From the NCBI GenBank assembly GCA_964247055.1, contig OZ176053.1, forward strand, positions 7,564,001 to 7,628,000: 64,000 nt of DNA, given 5' to 3'. The stretch comes from Paragordius varius. Lineage: Eukaryota > Animalia > Nematomorpha. Position numbers and translations under genes: made by a program. The notes beneath the pieces are model-generated. The model had not been told where the DNA came from, did not search any database, and saw only the letters and a program-made list of their open reading frames with translations. Numbering within the stretch: the first letter of the stretch is position 1; each line of letters starts with the position of its first letter. Positions 51,847 to 64,000 of the stretch are shown in pieces.

Positions 51847-53007
51847 TCGTTCAGATATAGTTAAACTGATTTATCTTCAAAGTACCGAGCACCGTTACCT
51901 TATGATCCATGCATCTTACAATATTTTATTTAGAGTTTTAAAATTGTTTAGAAGTTTTTAGAATGGTTAAGGCGTTTATTAAAGCATGACGGTTCAAATT
52001 CCACCCTTTTTCTATAATGCCCGAAGTCATAATTAAAATTTTTCAATTAAAATTCATATTTTAATTTAAAACAAGGGAAAGACTCTAAAGCAGTGGTATT
52101 CATTGAAGGGCCAAAAAAATATTTTTCTCGTCTCAACGGCCGTGCATTATATACCGATAAATATTTTGCTGTTTGACACCTATAAAAATATTAATATAAC
52201 AATAGTACATTAAAAAAATTTCTCAGGGCCATAAAAGGCACTTTTAAGACCGCAACCGTTACTTTAATGAACATGTACAAATTTAACAGCGAAAGAAAAA
52301 TAATAACCACAGAAATACTAATTTTAGCATTATTTCATAATTATTGTGATTAAAATGAATTGAAAAAAAGTATCATTTTATTATTTACGAGTATAGTTTA
52401 AAATTAAATGTTAGAATGATGTGATAAAGCCAAAAATTATTCTAATCGATATCTAGGCTATGACCAGCAGTGTGAATGAATAAATGCCGCACATTTTTTC
52501 AAATAAATTTTTACAAAATATTTTATAAACGTTTTTTATGTATCCGAATTCAGCGCTGGATTAGAGATCAGGCGGCAGGCTCATTTCTTGACGTCCCTCT
52601 TTGAAACAAAAATTTTAAAAACTCTTTTGTATTTCCGAGATTAAATTCAAAAATCTGAAAATTCCAACACCTTATGGCTAACCTAACAATTCCAATTTCC
52701 AAATTTATATGCGTATATCTTACAGTAACATACCTATTTTTGGATTTCGGTTTTTAAATGGCTAAAATGTGATTAATTCACATCTGTTGGTATGTTAATT
52801 TTATATTTAAATGAGATTGTTAGGTAAAAATATAGTAGGACCACCAATTTGCAATGGAATATCATGTTAACAATAATTTTAATGCAACTAATAAAAATGA
52901 AATATGTAATACATATCAAGAGACATGTAAATTATATGACTCCTTTTAACCAATCAAAATATCGAAATGACTAAGAATAGCTCTTTTTAACACAATATTA
53001 ATATATG

Positions 53008-53193
53008 GTATGAGTAAGTATACATGCTAGAAAGATTAATTATTGACAAATAGTATATACAACAAAGGGCAGTATTATTGGCTTATAGTTATTTTTTCAC
53101 TTTTTAATATTATTAGCCAATAATACTGCCCTTTGTTGTATATACTATTTGGCAATAATTAATAACTTTCTAGCAATGTAAACTTACTCATAC
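53008..53193. repeat. Long inverted repeat / foldback MITE (~75-bp arms, ~35-bp spacer)
   Basis: gtatgagtaag...caaatagtatatacaacaaagggcagtattattggct pairs with agccaataatactgccctttgttgtatatactatttg...cttactcatac. Confidence 0.85.
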
Positions 53194-53599
53194 TGTAAAT
53201 AAAATGTAAAGTGTATGGATGAGATCTGTTTTATTGCAAACATTCAGCCCTAATGTACAATAAAATGGTTATGCAATTTAATATTATAAATAGTAGAAAA
53301 TTGTTTGACTATTAAACAGTCTCAAATCATGAATATTTAATTAACAAAATAACTAAATTATTTAATATAATACTATTTAAAAATTGGGGGTTTTTTATAT
53401 TTTAATTGTGGTGTACAATAAATGCCATAAACACAATTAAAACATATAATAATAGACGATAAAATAAAATTTTTGTTGCAATAAATAAGCCAAATAAAAT
53501 AAGAGATAGGTGGTTTTAATTTTAATACAATATACATGAGAATTGTTTTATGAATTATGTACAGGTGAAATCCTATATAACCCGAATTCGTTTAATATA

Positions 53600-54526
53600 T
53601 TAAGTCGTACCATTCGTTAATTTTGTAGTTAAAGCTGTACCTTGTAGCATGAAAGTTTGATAAATTTTCTCAAAAAACTCTTTGTCGTTTTGAATCAATG
53701 AAATTAGGGTATCTTTAAATTTTTCTTTTCCGTAATCAGGTGTTGATTCTGTTATCGTAAGGTGGGAGGTAGATGATTTCGTAGTTTTACGAACGGAAGA
53801 TGGTGGAGACAAGTTGGAATGTTTATTTTGATCTTCGATTCCATTTTGAAGTTTTGAATGTTGTTTATTACCGTTTAAACTATCACCGGAAAAGCCATTT
53901 TCAACCGGAGGCTGGGGTGTTTGATTGAGTATATTCATGATTGGTTTTAATGTTAAGGATGGTTTAAATAAGGATTGCCCATTTTTTGTTGTATCGAAAA
54001 AATTGGTAAAAAATTTTTCGGTTATATTTATCACAGATGTTGAATTATTTGGAAGGGTTATGGAATCATTAACGCAATTATCCGGCTGCATTAGGTGCTC
54101 TAATTTGATTGAATCTTTGGCATTTAAACTTTTTTTGCGAGATTCCTCAGTAAGCATTTGTAGAAGTAAGTATATGCATTGACAATCCTTTGCATTTGAA
54201 AACCAAATACCATAGATTTCAGGTTGTTTGCCTTTTTCGAGTGATGGCACTTTATAAAAGATATATGGCTCTTTTAGTTCAAATTCAATGTCTAACGTTA
54301 AGGGTTGAATTAAATTCTTTATTTTTAGCCTGTTTAAAATAAATAATCCAGTATCGGGGTCATTATTGCGTTTATATAAAAATAAAACTCCTTTAATATC
54401 ATTTTCCAACCATGACCCATTATAAAATTTATAATGAGCAACATTTTTAGCAGACTGTATCATAGAGGCAGCATATTGATCTTCTTGTTTAATAACTGAC
54501 AAATTTATAGCGTTTGTGTCCACCAT
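53600..54526 (-). CDS. DCP1: mRNA decapping enzyme subunit 1 (DCP1), single exon, 308 aa
   Basis: EVH1 domain INLSVIKQEDQY...VAHYKF...W...DIKGVLFLYKR...LFILNRL...EFELKEPYIFYK...IYGIWF and a C-terminal trimerisation-like helix FKDTLISLIQNDKEFFEKIYQTF. ATG at 54526. Confidence 0.93.
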   Translation of the reverse strand: MVDTNAINLSVIKQEDQYAASMIQSAKNVAHYKFYNGSWLENDIKGVLFLYKRNNDPDTGLFILNRLKIKNLIQPLTLDIEFELKEPYIFYKVPSLEKGKQPEIYGIWFSNAKDCQCIYLLLQMLTEESRKKSLNAKDSIKLEHLMQPDNCVNDSITLPNNSTSVINITEKFFTNFFDTTKNGQSLFKPSLTLKPIMNILNQTPQPPVENGFSGDSLNGNKQHSKLQNGIEDQNKHSNLSPPSSVRKTTKSSTSHLTITESTPDYGKEKFKDTLISLIQNDKEFFEKIYQTFMLQGTALTTKLTNGTT

Positions 54527-55279
54527 CAATATTTGAAAGCTACACGAATAATATTTTTTTCATCGCCAAAAAGAAATAAATCTGAAAAATATGAAAGCAT
54601 AATGCACATAAACAGTTGTATAAAATTAAATAAGAAGAGAATTATTTCTTTTGGTATATATTTATGCGTCCAAAATGGGGAGTATAGAAAATATTATCTG
54701 TACATATATATATATATATATATAGATATAGATAATATATATTGATATAAAAAATTTCAAGATTCTCAGGATGCTTTTGGTTTTGGCCCTTACAATAGAT
54801 TTAAGAAAATTTATTTGTGGTAAACGCTCAAATCAGAAATGCGCTCTTTTTCCTAATATTTTGTTAAAACCCAAATGTTTTATTCGAAAAATATCGATAT
54901 ATATATATATACTATAGCAAACAATATTTTTAAGAAATTTTAGATGTGGGTTCCACCCAATTTTTTTGCCTCTCAAAAATTAACTTTTTCGAAAAACGCG
55001 AAAATCTGAGTTTTCGCAATTAAATTTTTAATAAATATTTTTGCCCATACTTAATTCAATTGATTTTTACAAAAACTTTGTTAAAGCGAGGCATGATAAA
55101 AACAAAAAATTTAAGGTTGTAGCTCCTTTTCTTCGGGTTTCTAAGATATTGAAAAATACCTTTTCTATATAACGAACATTCTGAACATTTCTAATTTCAG
55201 AATTTTAATTTAAAGGTTTGTTTATTTTTTTGGTGTTTTTTTATAAATAAAAACACAATATTCCTTTAATATAAATACG

Positions 55280-55845
55280 AACGTATTAAATTAGGGTATC
55301 TAAATACACCAAATTAAAAATTAAAATTTGTAAAAAACTACTGAAGAAAATGGTTCCAATTTAAATTTATGCTTCTATCCCAATAAAAATTATATAAATA
55401 AGTCAATATATCTAAATAAAATTTAATTTTGAAAAAAAAGTTCCATGTCAGACTACTTCGATGCCATTTTTATTTTACATATTTGCAAAATATAGTCTTC
55501 ATTTAATTTTTAAGGTAAAATAAAGCTAATTTTTATTTAAACATTTAACATTGATAGAAATGGAAGCGGTTATTTTGTATTATCTTTCAATTTTATCATT
55601 GCACACATGTCACGTTGACTAAATTTTTATCTTTCGGTTTTAGCTTAAAATAAGTATTATCAAGTATTAATATTGAATAAAATATTTTATATATTTTGGT
55701 TTATTAATCTTATATAAGTGCATAATTTTGCCATAGTTTCGATTCCTTCCATATTTTTTAAAAAATTTAGTTTTATACAGGCCTGGGGCATTTAACTACC
55801 CCAATTTGAATCAAAGGACTAAAATGAATGTGTTGTATCCAAGTG
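55280..55845. mobile_element. piggyBac-like non-autonomous element, copy 2
   Basis: Colinear with 32115-32682; right end AAGTG|TTAA. Confidence 0.6.
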
Positions 55846-56601
55846 TTAATCAATATTTTGAGGTGATAATATGTTTGGCATTATAATTTCATAAAAAGCC
55901 GTTATTATAATATCTTACAGCGTCAGCCGTTTCCATCAATATGAAGTAGGCTTTAACAAAATTTTGCTAAAAATATTTTTGAAAAAAGTATGCATTTTTT
56001 AAATAACAATTTAAGTTGATATAATAATTCCTACACTTTTCCATTTAACGAGAATTATCCCTTTTTAAAAGGGCAAAAAAATGTGCTTTCGGAGCCCTAT
56101 CTAAAATAAATATAAAAATTTTGGTTTTTATATGTAATTGTTATTATATTTTAATAGAGAATTTTAATTTCATCTAAAAAATTAATTAATCAAAATGTGC
56201 GCAAATTGTGCAATGTTCAGATACTTACAACAAAAATGTAGATATCTTTCTTATATTACTCATAAGGGCCAAAAAGCTTGATGTTCATTTTTCTATCAGA
56301 ATGCATAAATATATATATATTCTGTCAGGATATATATAGCCCACAATTTTGGACTTTAATATATTTCTTATCTGTTAGTTTTTTAGCCATAAAAGGCCCA
56401 AAAAATATTTGGGCTAAAAATTTCAGATGAGTTTTTTGCCAAAATTTTTTTTTAATTTTATATAAAAAGCCTAAAAGGCCATAGAATGCTCGTTTTTTTG
56501 GCCCTCTCATATTACCCCGAATAATGAAATGTTTTTATTGCAAATACATTGTAAATATTTATTTTTTATTGGTTCTGTCTCATTACGGGCTCTAAAATTT
56601 A

Positions 56602-57092
56602 CCATTTACTTTTCAAGATTGTCCTTGGACACTTCAAATTGGTCCTTCAACTTTTCAATCGGTCCTTTTCATTTTAACCAATTTTGCATGTATTTTATTA
56701 TTTTTAACCTAATTTCTCGATATCTTATATTTCTTTAAAATTAATAATTTTTTTAAAGGCCATTTGTTTCCAACTAATTTTTACCAATTCAACAATATTA
56801 TTTCTAAATTTTTTCCGCAAAAAACTGTAATTAATAATCAGAAAATTTATATTTTATTCAAAATACATGTTAAAATCTTATTAACATTAATATATCTAAT
56901 AAGAATTTATTAAAGATGTACGGTTTCTGGAGAATAGGTTAGAAATAATAAAATATATAAATGATACACGGTTCGATTAATAAATAAAAACAGAGTAAAA
57001 AGGTTGAAAGACCAACCTAAATGTTCAAGAACCAACTTGAAATGTTCAAAGACCCTTTTGTAGTGTCAAGGACACTCTTGAAGTGCAAATGG
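56602..57092. mobile_element. Foldback-type MITE, sister subfamily with 21-bp repeats
   Basis: TA|CCATTT...AAATGG|TA termini; ggtccttgaacatttcaagtt-like repeats in inverted orientation at both ends. Confidence 0.65.
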
Positions 57093-57969
57093 TATATCCA
57101 AAAACCTGAATGTTTGTGGTAGAAATATATAACTATAAAAGATTGAACCTTACGTAATTAATCTTTTAGTTGTTGGATTATTATTTTATCCACCACTGAT
57201 CTGTATGGCTAAAAATTTTTTAACATTACCAAAGAATAAAATTAAAGTCTTTTAATAATTTGCAAAGAATATCTACGTTAAGGTTGAAATAGCAAGATTT
57301 TTGATTATTATAAAAATGCTCTAGAATTCACCAGGAATTACATTTTTTTCAATTTCATGGAGGGATAATTAAACTCATTGGTTGGTTTGTGATGAACGTC
57401 TTCAAAAACAAACGTTACATGCTCTTAAAAAAATGGTTTAATAATATTTTAAACTTGCTCCAAAATAATTTCATTATTCGCAGATTGTGAACTCACTAAT
57501 TAAAATTATTTATTAATGAATAAACAATTGCTTATTGGAGGTCAACTTTATCCCTTTCTTAAGTTATTTGAGTGAATCAAGTCATTTTAAAATAAAATAA
57601 CGGCGTTTGACTTTAAATATAAATGAACAAAATGCCATTGTTCAATATATAATTTGGAAAAGTCATCGTAGATAAAAGTTTAAGAATATTAAAACTCTTT
57701 TTATAAGTTTTTGACTCATACTTTAATGATTTTACCATCTCATAATTGGAAAAAATTTAAAAACACTTTTATAATATACAGTTTTGTGTCATTTTTTGAT
57801 TAAACGGTCAATAAAACTTAGATCGTTTTTAGAATCGTTTGCTCACAACTAACAATGATCATTAAGAAATTATACAGTGCCGGGGCTGCTCCAAAAACAG
57901 GCATTCTCCTAAAGCGATTTAATTTAAATATAAATCATTTAAGTTATTTTAGATTTTTATAGAGCGTAA

Positions 57970-58550
57970 ATCTCGGGCGCTACGCAGCACGAGGAAGTCC
58001 TTCGGACTTCTGGAGGGGGGGGGGCTATTTGAAATAAGGGACAATAAAATGATCCACCTATGTGGATTACTTCGAAACATTATTTAAATATGATTTTATA
58101 GGAATTTTAAAACGGTCCATTCATACTAATATATTGTTTACTTGGGGGAAAGATAGATTTAAAAAATTATTTTTGTGGATTTTGTTTTTTGAAAAAAATG
58201 GCATTTTACGGGGAAAGCGGGAAAGAGGGCCTAAATCAAAAAAGTGAGTCGACTATGTTCGGCGCGATCAAAAACAAATAAACAAAAATTATATTTGAAA
58301 TTGAATGGTTTAACACGTTCTCCGGAAAATTGTCTCAAAGACACGATTTTTGTGGACTTCTGTTTTAAAAAAAACCGTTTTTCACACGGGGTGGGCCCGA
58401 ACTGGGGGCCTATTTCAAAAAAAGCGCGAATCTATTGTCGGGGCATTCTTTAATGATTATATTTTTTCGAAGTTTGGATTTAAATGGGTCTACCGGTTTT
58501 CCGGTACCAGATCACAAAGCCAGCATTTTCCATTTTTATAAATATATAGA
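57970..58550 (-). mobile_element. Complete short non-autonomous Helitron-like element (581 bp)
   Basis: Reverse complement A|TCTATATATTTATAAAAATGG ... AAGTCCGAAGGACTT ... GCGTAGCGCCCGAGAT|T, colinear with ~7906-8445. Confidence 0.75.
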
Positions 58551-59016
58551 TGATTATTGAGTTTTTATTAGATATTTTTAAAATAGATATGGACAAATAT
58601 TGATAAACAGCTGTTTAGCGCATTTTAATTTTTCCCATAATTAGCTCAAGACGCTTAAACTCCAAATTTTTTCGGGTTAAAAATTGAGTCTCTAATTATA
58701 TACAAACAGTTATTAATTATGAAAAAGTTAAGCAAACAAAATATTAGATGTGAAGTGAAGTATGTTAATCATAAACTATAATATATATCCCATACTTTAT
58801 TTTAAAAACAGTTTTTTATTCAGATATGACAATGTCTAAAACTATTTTAAATAATAATTATGAATTACAAGATAAAAAATGTGTTATATATTTGCATTTA
58901 TTAGCTATCACTGATCGGACATAAAACAGATTATATAAATATTTTAAATATAGTTTTTGCATAAATAGAATTTGCATTGACTAAAAATTGGCACCGGGAA
59001 TCATTACCGAACATAT

Positions 59017-60296
59017 TTATCTTTTTAGTTGCTTCTTGTGTAGTTTATCGTGCACCTTCAAAACCTGGCGGAGTTCTCTTATATATTCTATGGTGTATCT
59101 TTTAAATTATTCATATCAATGAGATACAGTGAAAATTGAAATTATACGGACAAAAGGTGAAAATTGAAAGACAATTTTTTTTCAAAAGATTACCCTACGT
59201 TTTTAAACCCTTATTTTTCTTTTATAAATTATTCGATTACAATTGTAGAATACACAACTAATCTTACCAATATCCATCTCTATTTTATTTTAAAAAAATA
59301 GTCTTTATTACGTTTTGTCCGTATAATTTCAATTTTTACTGTACTATTTTATTATTTATTATAAAAATTTGACAATTAAATTGATTTTAAATATTACCTG
59401 AGAACCTGGATTTTGGATAATTTTTTATCACCGGTATTTTTATGTTGCAAGAGATATCGAAGCATATCGAAAGCTTCGTTTATAGATTTCATGCGCCATC
59501 TTTCGCGTTCAGACGCAGCTTGTTTTTGTTCCATTTCTTTTTCATCATACAAGCTAGCGTTGTGGTAATGATTAAAATCATCCAGGTACAACTCATAACT
59601 AGCATATCGTTTAAAGTTTGGCCCAATTCGATAGAGTTTATTTGGTTTAAATTTTTCCATTTCAACGGGTATTTCTAAATTTAACATAACTTAATTAATG
59701 ACTAGTGTGGTTAGAGCTTTGGTACGGTGGCCTCAAACCCAACCAAAAGTTTTAATAATGAAACCGCGGCATAAAGTCTAAACCTTACAAGCGTACCGTC
59801 TATTGGTTTAAAATATGCAAACCGCATTAAACGAATGTTCTAAAACCTTAAACTGGGGCGCGCCATCGGCTCGGTTTTAAGTTGGCAAAACTACTGCATA
59901 ATTGCATATAAATTTTAAATTTCAAATGTGGACTATTTTTATTAAATATTTAACTATACCCGCATCCCCATGTTTTACAGGGAAATGTTCCACGGTAGCT
60001 TTATGTCTATCCATAGGAGTAATCACAGATTGGCGATTTTTCTTGGAGCTGATTGGACAAACATCACTTGTTTTGGGGAGTTTTGGATATGGTTCATCCA
60101 AACCATTAGTTACATTCACTACATCAATTATTTGAGTTTCAAATTCATCATTGTAATTTAGAGGCATATTAAAGTCATTGAATATGGCATCTTCTGGATT
60201 TAAGCTTGCATGTGAATAATAATTGGAAACAATTTTATTAGATTGCCGATAATGGGTGTTAATATTATTATTATTATTATCGAACGATTCTTCCAT
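59017..60296 (-). CDS. Group A (class II) bHLH transcription factor, most like PTF1/Fer; exons 60296-59960, 59674-59398, 59098-59017
   Basis: QKQAASERERWRMKSINEAFDMLRYLLQHKNTGDKKLSKIQVLR/YTIEYIRELRQVL; phases 1 and 2 are consistent. Confidence 0.85.
59127..59341. mobile_element. Tc1/mariner-type MITE in bHLH intron 2
   Basis: TA|CAGTGAAAATTGAAATTATACGGACAAAA ... TTTTGTCCGTATAATTTCAATTTTTACTG|TA. Confidence 0.8.
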
Positions 60297-61185
60297 GTTC
60301 CATGAATATTCTTAATAAATTGTTTCCCTAAATCATTTAAAGTTATAATTATATAAAAATCAATAGATTCTTTACTACATTATAAAATGATAATATTTAA
60401 TATATATATACACTAAAGAAATGAAATAGAGTTGATGGGAAGGATTGGAGATAGAACAGGTTAATGTACATGCGCGCACCTATGTAATCAAATACTTCAC
60501 AAAAATTTTTTTCCAATAATAAAATTATAATTATAATATAAAAAAATAAAGTTTAACATTATTATTAAAATGAGCTATCGTCCTTTTTTTAAAAAAAATA
60601 TTGTATTTTTCTTATATGCAGGTTGTGGCGGAATAATGCTTTCTGATATATAAATCCGAACAAAATTATTGAATATATATAGGCGACGGTTGATTTAAAA
60701 GAATATGTAACAAAACTATTTTAACATATATTTATCTTTTTGACGTATTTTTATATCATTTTGAAATATAAAAAAGACATTTCAGAATATGGATTATACA
60801 AATACATTCATTACTTTCAATTAGCAAACTCGGGCAAACAACTACTCTTCTAAGCTTACTAGTAAAAATGCAATTATCCTAAAATTCAAAGATTATTGAA
60901 TGCTATAGTATCATAATCTTATTTTTATTAAAAACCCAAAAAATATTCAGTGTTTTCATATAGCTAAATTTTTACTTTATTTACTAAATTATGTAAGCCC
61001 TTCCTTTTAATTGAGAAATTGGGTGGTAACGACGAGAGTTTGTAACGTAAACGATGTAGAAATTGTCGCAAATTAACGTAAAAATAAAATATAATTTATT
61101 GGTTCTAAAATTTTCGCAGTAGGCATCATTAGGAGATACAGTTAAGAAAATATATATAATAAAAATTTAAGGATGGATTAATATA

Positions 61186-61546
61186 CCATTTACAGTTCAA
61201 ATTCACCCTTGAACAATTCAAATTCACCCTCGAACAATTCAAATTTACCCTTGAACAATTCAAATTCACCCTAAAAATAAATTATGTATTTTCGAACTAA
61301 TATAACTCATTAATATAAAATATATCTTTATGGCATAATTAATTATTTTTTTCAGTATTATCTTAATTTAAAACAAAATTTTATTATTTAAAAATATATT
61401 AAAATATAGGTAATTTTTAATCTTAAAAAACATGTTTGAGGGTGAATTTGATTTGTTCGAGGGTGAATTTGAATTGTTCAAGGGTGAATTTGAATTGTTT
61501 AAGGGTGAATTTGAATTGTTTAAGGGTGAATTTGAACTGTAAATGG
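61186..61546. mobile_element. Foldback-type MITE with tandem 21-bp repeats in long TIRs
   Basis: TA|CCATTTACAGTTCAAATTCACCC + (TTGAACAATTCAAATTCACCC)n on the left, inverted on the right, ending GAACTGTAAATGG|TA. Confidence 0.8.
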
Positions 61547-63023
61547 TATATATGAGATAGATAATACATATTTCTATTAATTAAAACTATTGGCGAAGTT
61601 AAATGGAATTTGAAATGGTACTGGACCAAAAAGACCAACTAAAAGTGTTTAATAAACATTAGGGGTTGAGCAAATTGATATTTGATATTTTTTTGTCGAT
61701 TAAAAATTTGGAAGTTTATATTTTTTTGACTTAATATCATCAATACTTTGTGTGTGGTCTTGATACTAAAAAATCTATATGTAATACCTGCAATATAAAT
61801 GATATTCCACATCTAAAAATTATATTTGAACAAGATATTTTTTAGAAAAATATATGTGTCAAATTTAGGAAAAAATGGGCGAACAGCAACCACATAGAAA
61901 TAGAATCTGGTTTGTAAATCTAAGCGAATGGTTTTCCCACTTTCCCAAGAACAAATCCATTTTTGGTTTCAACATTTTAATAACTAATCTAGTTCTACTT
62001 TCGAATTTATAAAAACCAACCACCCTTTCGGTTTCTTACCGCAAAAAGGGGTTAATTTTTTTAAAAAATATAAATATTTTGATAAAACCAGATAAAATAT
62101 TAGAAAATATGTATTTGCTTACAATCTAAAAATGTCTTCATATGTTATTCTTATCATATTGTTAGATTTTAGTTAAACATGATTTTAAGACAACAAAGAA
62201 ATTAAAAATATTACACCCTAAAAATGTGTATATCTATATTTTGTCACATATTTCGTTCGGCTGATATAATATATTTGCCAAATCAAAAATTAATGATAGT
62301 TTTAGTTGGAGTTTATTCGCGATTAGGTTTATGTATGTATCACAAGAGTATTACAATTATTAAACCTATGTTCATGACAAAACCTTTTTTCAGCCAGATT
62401 AAATATGGTATAAATGTGACAGCTTTCAAAAATTCGAAATTGTTAACCATAAAAAGTTTTTATAATTCATAGTGATTGACAATATATATAATATTATTAT
62501 ATATGTAATTAAAAAAACATGTAATACAAACAATTATATTTGTTTTTTTACCTGTTCTTATATATTGCGTATGAGTAATTTAAACTTAATAACGCTTTAT
62601 GAAAAAATGCAAAAAAACGAAGGAGAGGCTATAAAAAATAAAAAGAACTAAGGGGTCTCCTGCATTTTTTATATATTTTAGTATTATATAAATAAAATTA
62701 TACTATGTAGAAAGGTATAAATAACAACAATTCATTGATAGTTTCTTATTTTTTTACATAAAAAGGTATTTTTTTAATCCACCTCTTTTTTTAATGGAAA
62801 AAAATTGATATAAATTATAATTTATCTCATATAATTATTTTTAAGGTCAAACTTCAATTGACATATTTATATAGATGATCCTGAAAGTTAAAGATTATAA
62901 ACATTGTTTAATCCACAAAAATTATGTCATGATATTCTCTACACAACTTTTAAAATGACGGAAAAATAAATTTTATATTTGACTTAAGAAACCTCATATT
63001 ATCCATTGATCTCTAATTCGATA

Positions 63024-63182
63024 ATGAAACCATTTTTCCAAATTATCAATATATTATTATTATTATTTTTATTCCAATACAAATTATTCGTGAAAGGCCA
63101 AAGCCAAACCAAAGAAGGTTATTCTATGCAAATTAATTTTATTTTACCTAAATTACAAGATGACAACATTCTCTTATTATAT
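63024..63182 (+). CDS. Putative first exon of a secreted or membrane protein (gene continues, not resolved)
   Basis: MKPFFQIINILLLLFLFQYKLFVKG/QSQ... is signal-peptide-like, followed by a GTATAA donor at 63183. Confidence 0.35.
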
Positions 63183-64000
63183 GTATAAAACGATTTGGGT
63201 CAAAATCTAAATATAAAAAATGTTGACAGATATTTCATTTGTATAAAACCTCCCTTTAAAAATGCGACACGCGCTAATCCAAAAGGTGTCGCCTTTCATT
63301 CTATGCCCTATTTTGCAATTTCTAAAAAAGTACAGCCTCGTGACTGTATTGAAATTATTTAACCAAATTTTTCTAAAGATCAGCTTTTATTATCGATGGG
63401 TGCGAAATGGCAGTAATGCATTTCATTACGACGATAGTGTATTTTTCTAAATATTTAAAGGTTAAAAATCACAAGCTATGTATGATGATTAAATAACATT
63501 CTACAGGATATTTTAAATTACATCATAAAAAGTGTTTAAGATATTAGACCGTATGTTTTCTATAGCCTTTTATAATATTTTTTAATAAGTGTTAAATTGT
63601 AAAAAAACCCTCATCACAAACTTTTTCGCCCCATTTTTTTAAATCGCTAATGAACAGGCAAATAAATGTATATTATGAGAAATTGTAAATATTTAAAATC
63701 TTCTATGTTGTAGGTTTTATTGAATAAATTACAGAAATATTTGTTATCATAACTAAATAGAAAAAGGATTCTCTGAATTTGGTGTATCCAGTTACTTAAA
63801 TTATTTTACCTAAAATTTAATATATCCTCATTCGTAAAATTCGAGTAACAAAACTTAGTAGGTAAAGGTGCGTTTAAAAATAATAATCAATTTTAAGGCT
63901 TTTATATCAGAGAAGGAGTAGTAGACTCATTGGGTAATAACCCCAGATTATTTTTATATATATAATATTTATATATTGAGTAACTCTTGGAAACTATTTA

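Noticed and set aside
39130-61546. 21-bp repeat arrays as CRISPR-like repeats
   Set aside because: The units are contiguous with no unique spacers, the context is eukaryotic, and they form inverted TIR arms.
61423-61638. ORF with repeated KQFKFTL
   Set aside because: Translation of the 21-bp repeats of the foldback MITE.

Overview
Very AT-rich (roughly 25% GC by eye), intron-containing animal genomic DNA from an invertebrate whose taxon cannot be fixed from this window. Six host genes could be reconstructed by hand: the 3' end of TCERG1 (+), a greatly expanded RASL10-like small GTPase (+), SPOUT1/C9orf114 (-, tail-to-tail with RASL10), a REEP1-4-type ER-shaping protein (+, 9 coding exons), an intronless DCP1 (-) and a 3-exon group A bHLH factor (-). 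There are two weaker candidates: a multi-exon minus-strand gene at ~43.6-48.7 kb whose last exon would encode YRFGKR, and a signal-peptide first exon at 63.0 kb. The rest is a dense mosaic of decayed mobile elements: RTE LINEs, a Ty3/Gypsy element nested in an RTE and itself interrupted by a Helitron-like element, Chapaev3-, hAT-, piggyBac- and Tc1/mariner-type elements, a foldback family with 21-bp repeats, a tRNA-derived SINE and palindromes. The most striking signal is a class of 21-29 nt GT-AG micro-introns needed to restore conserved reading frames in three host genes and apparently in a transposase. They coexist with 70-2300 nt introns and very degenerate donor sites. All gene models are manual and were not checked by any database search.
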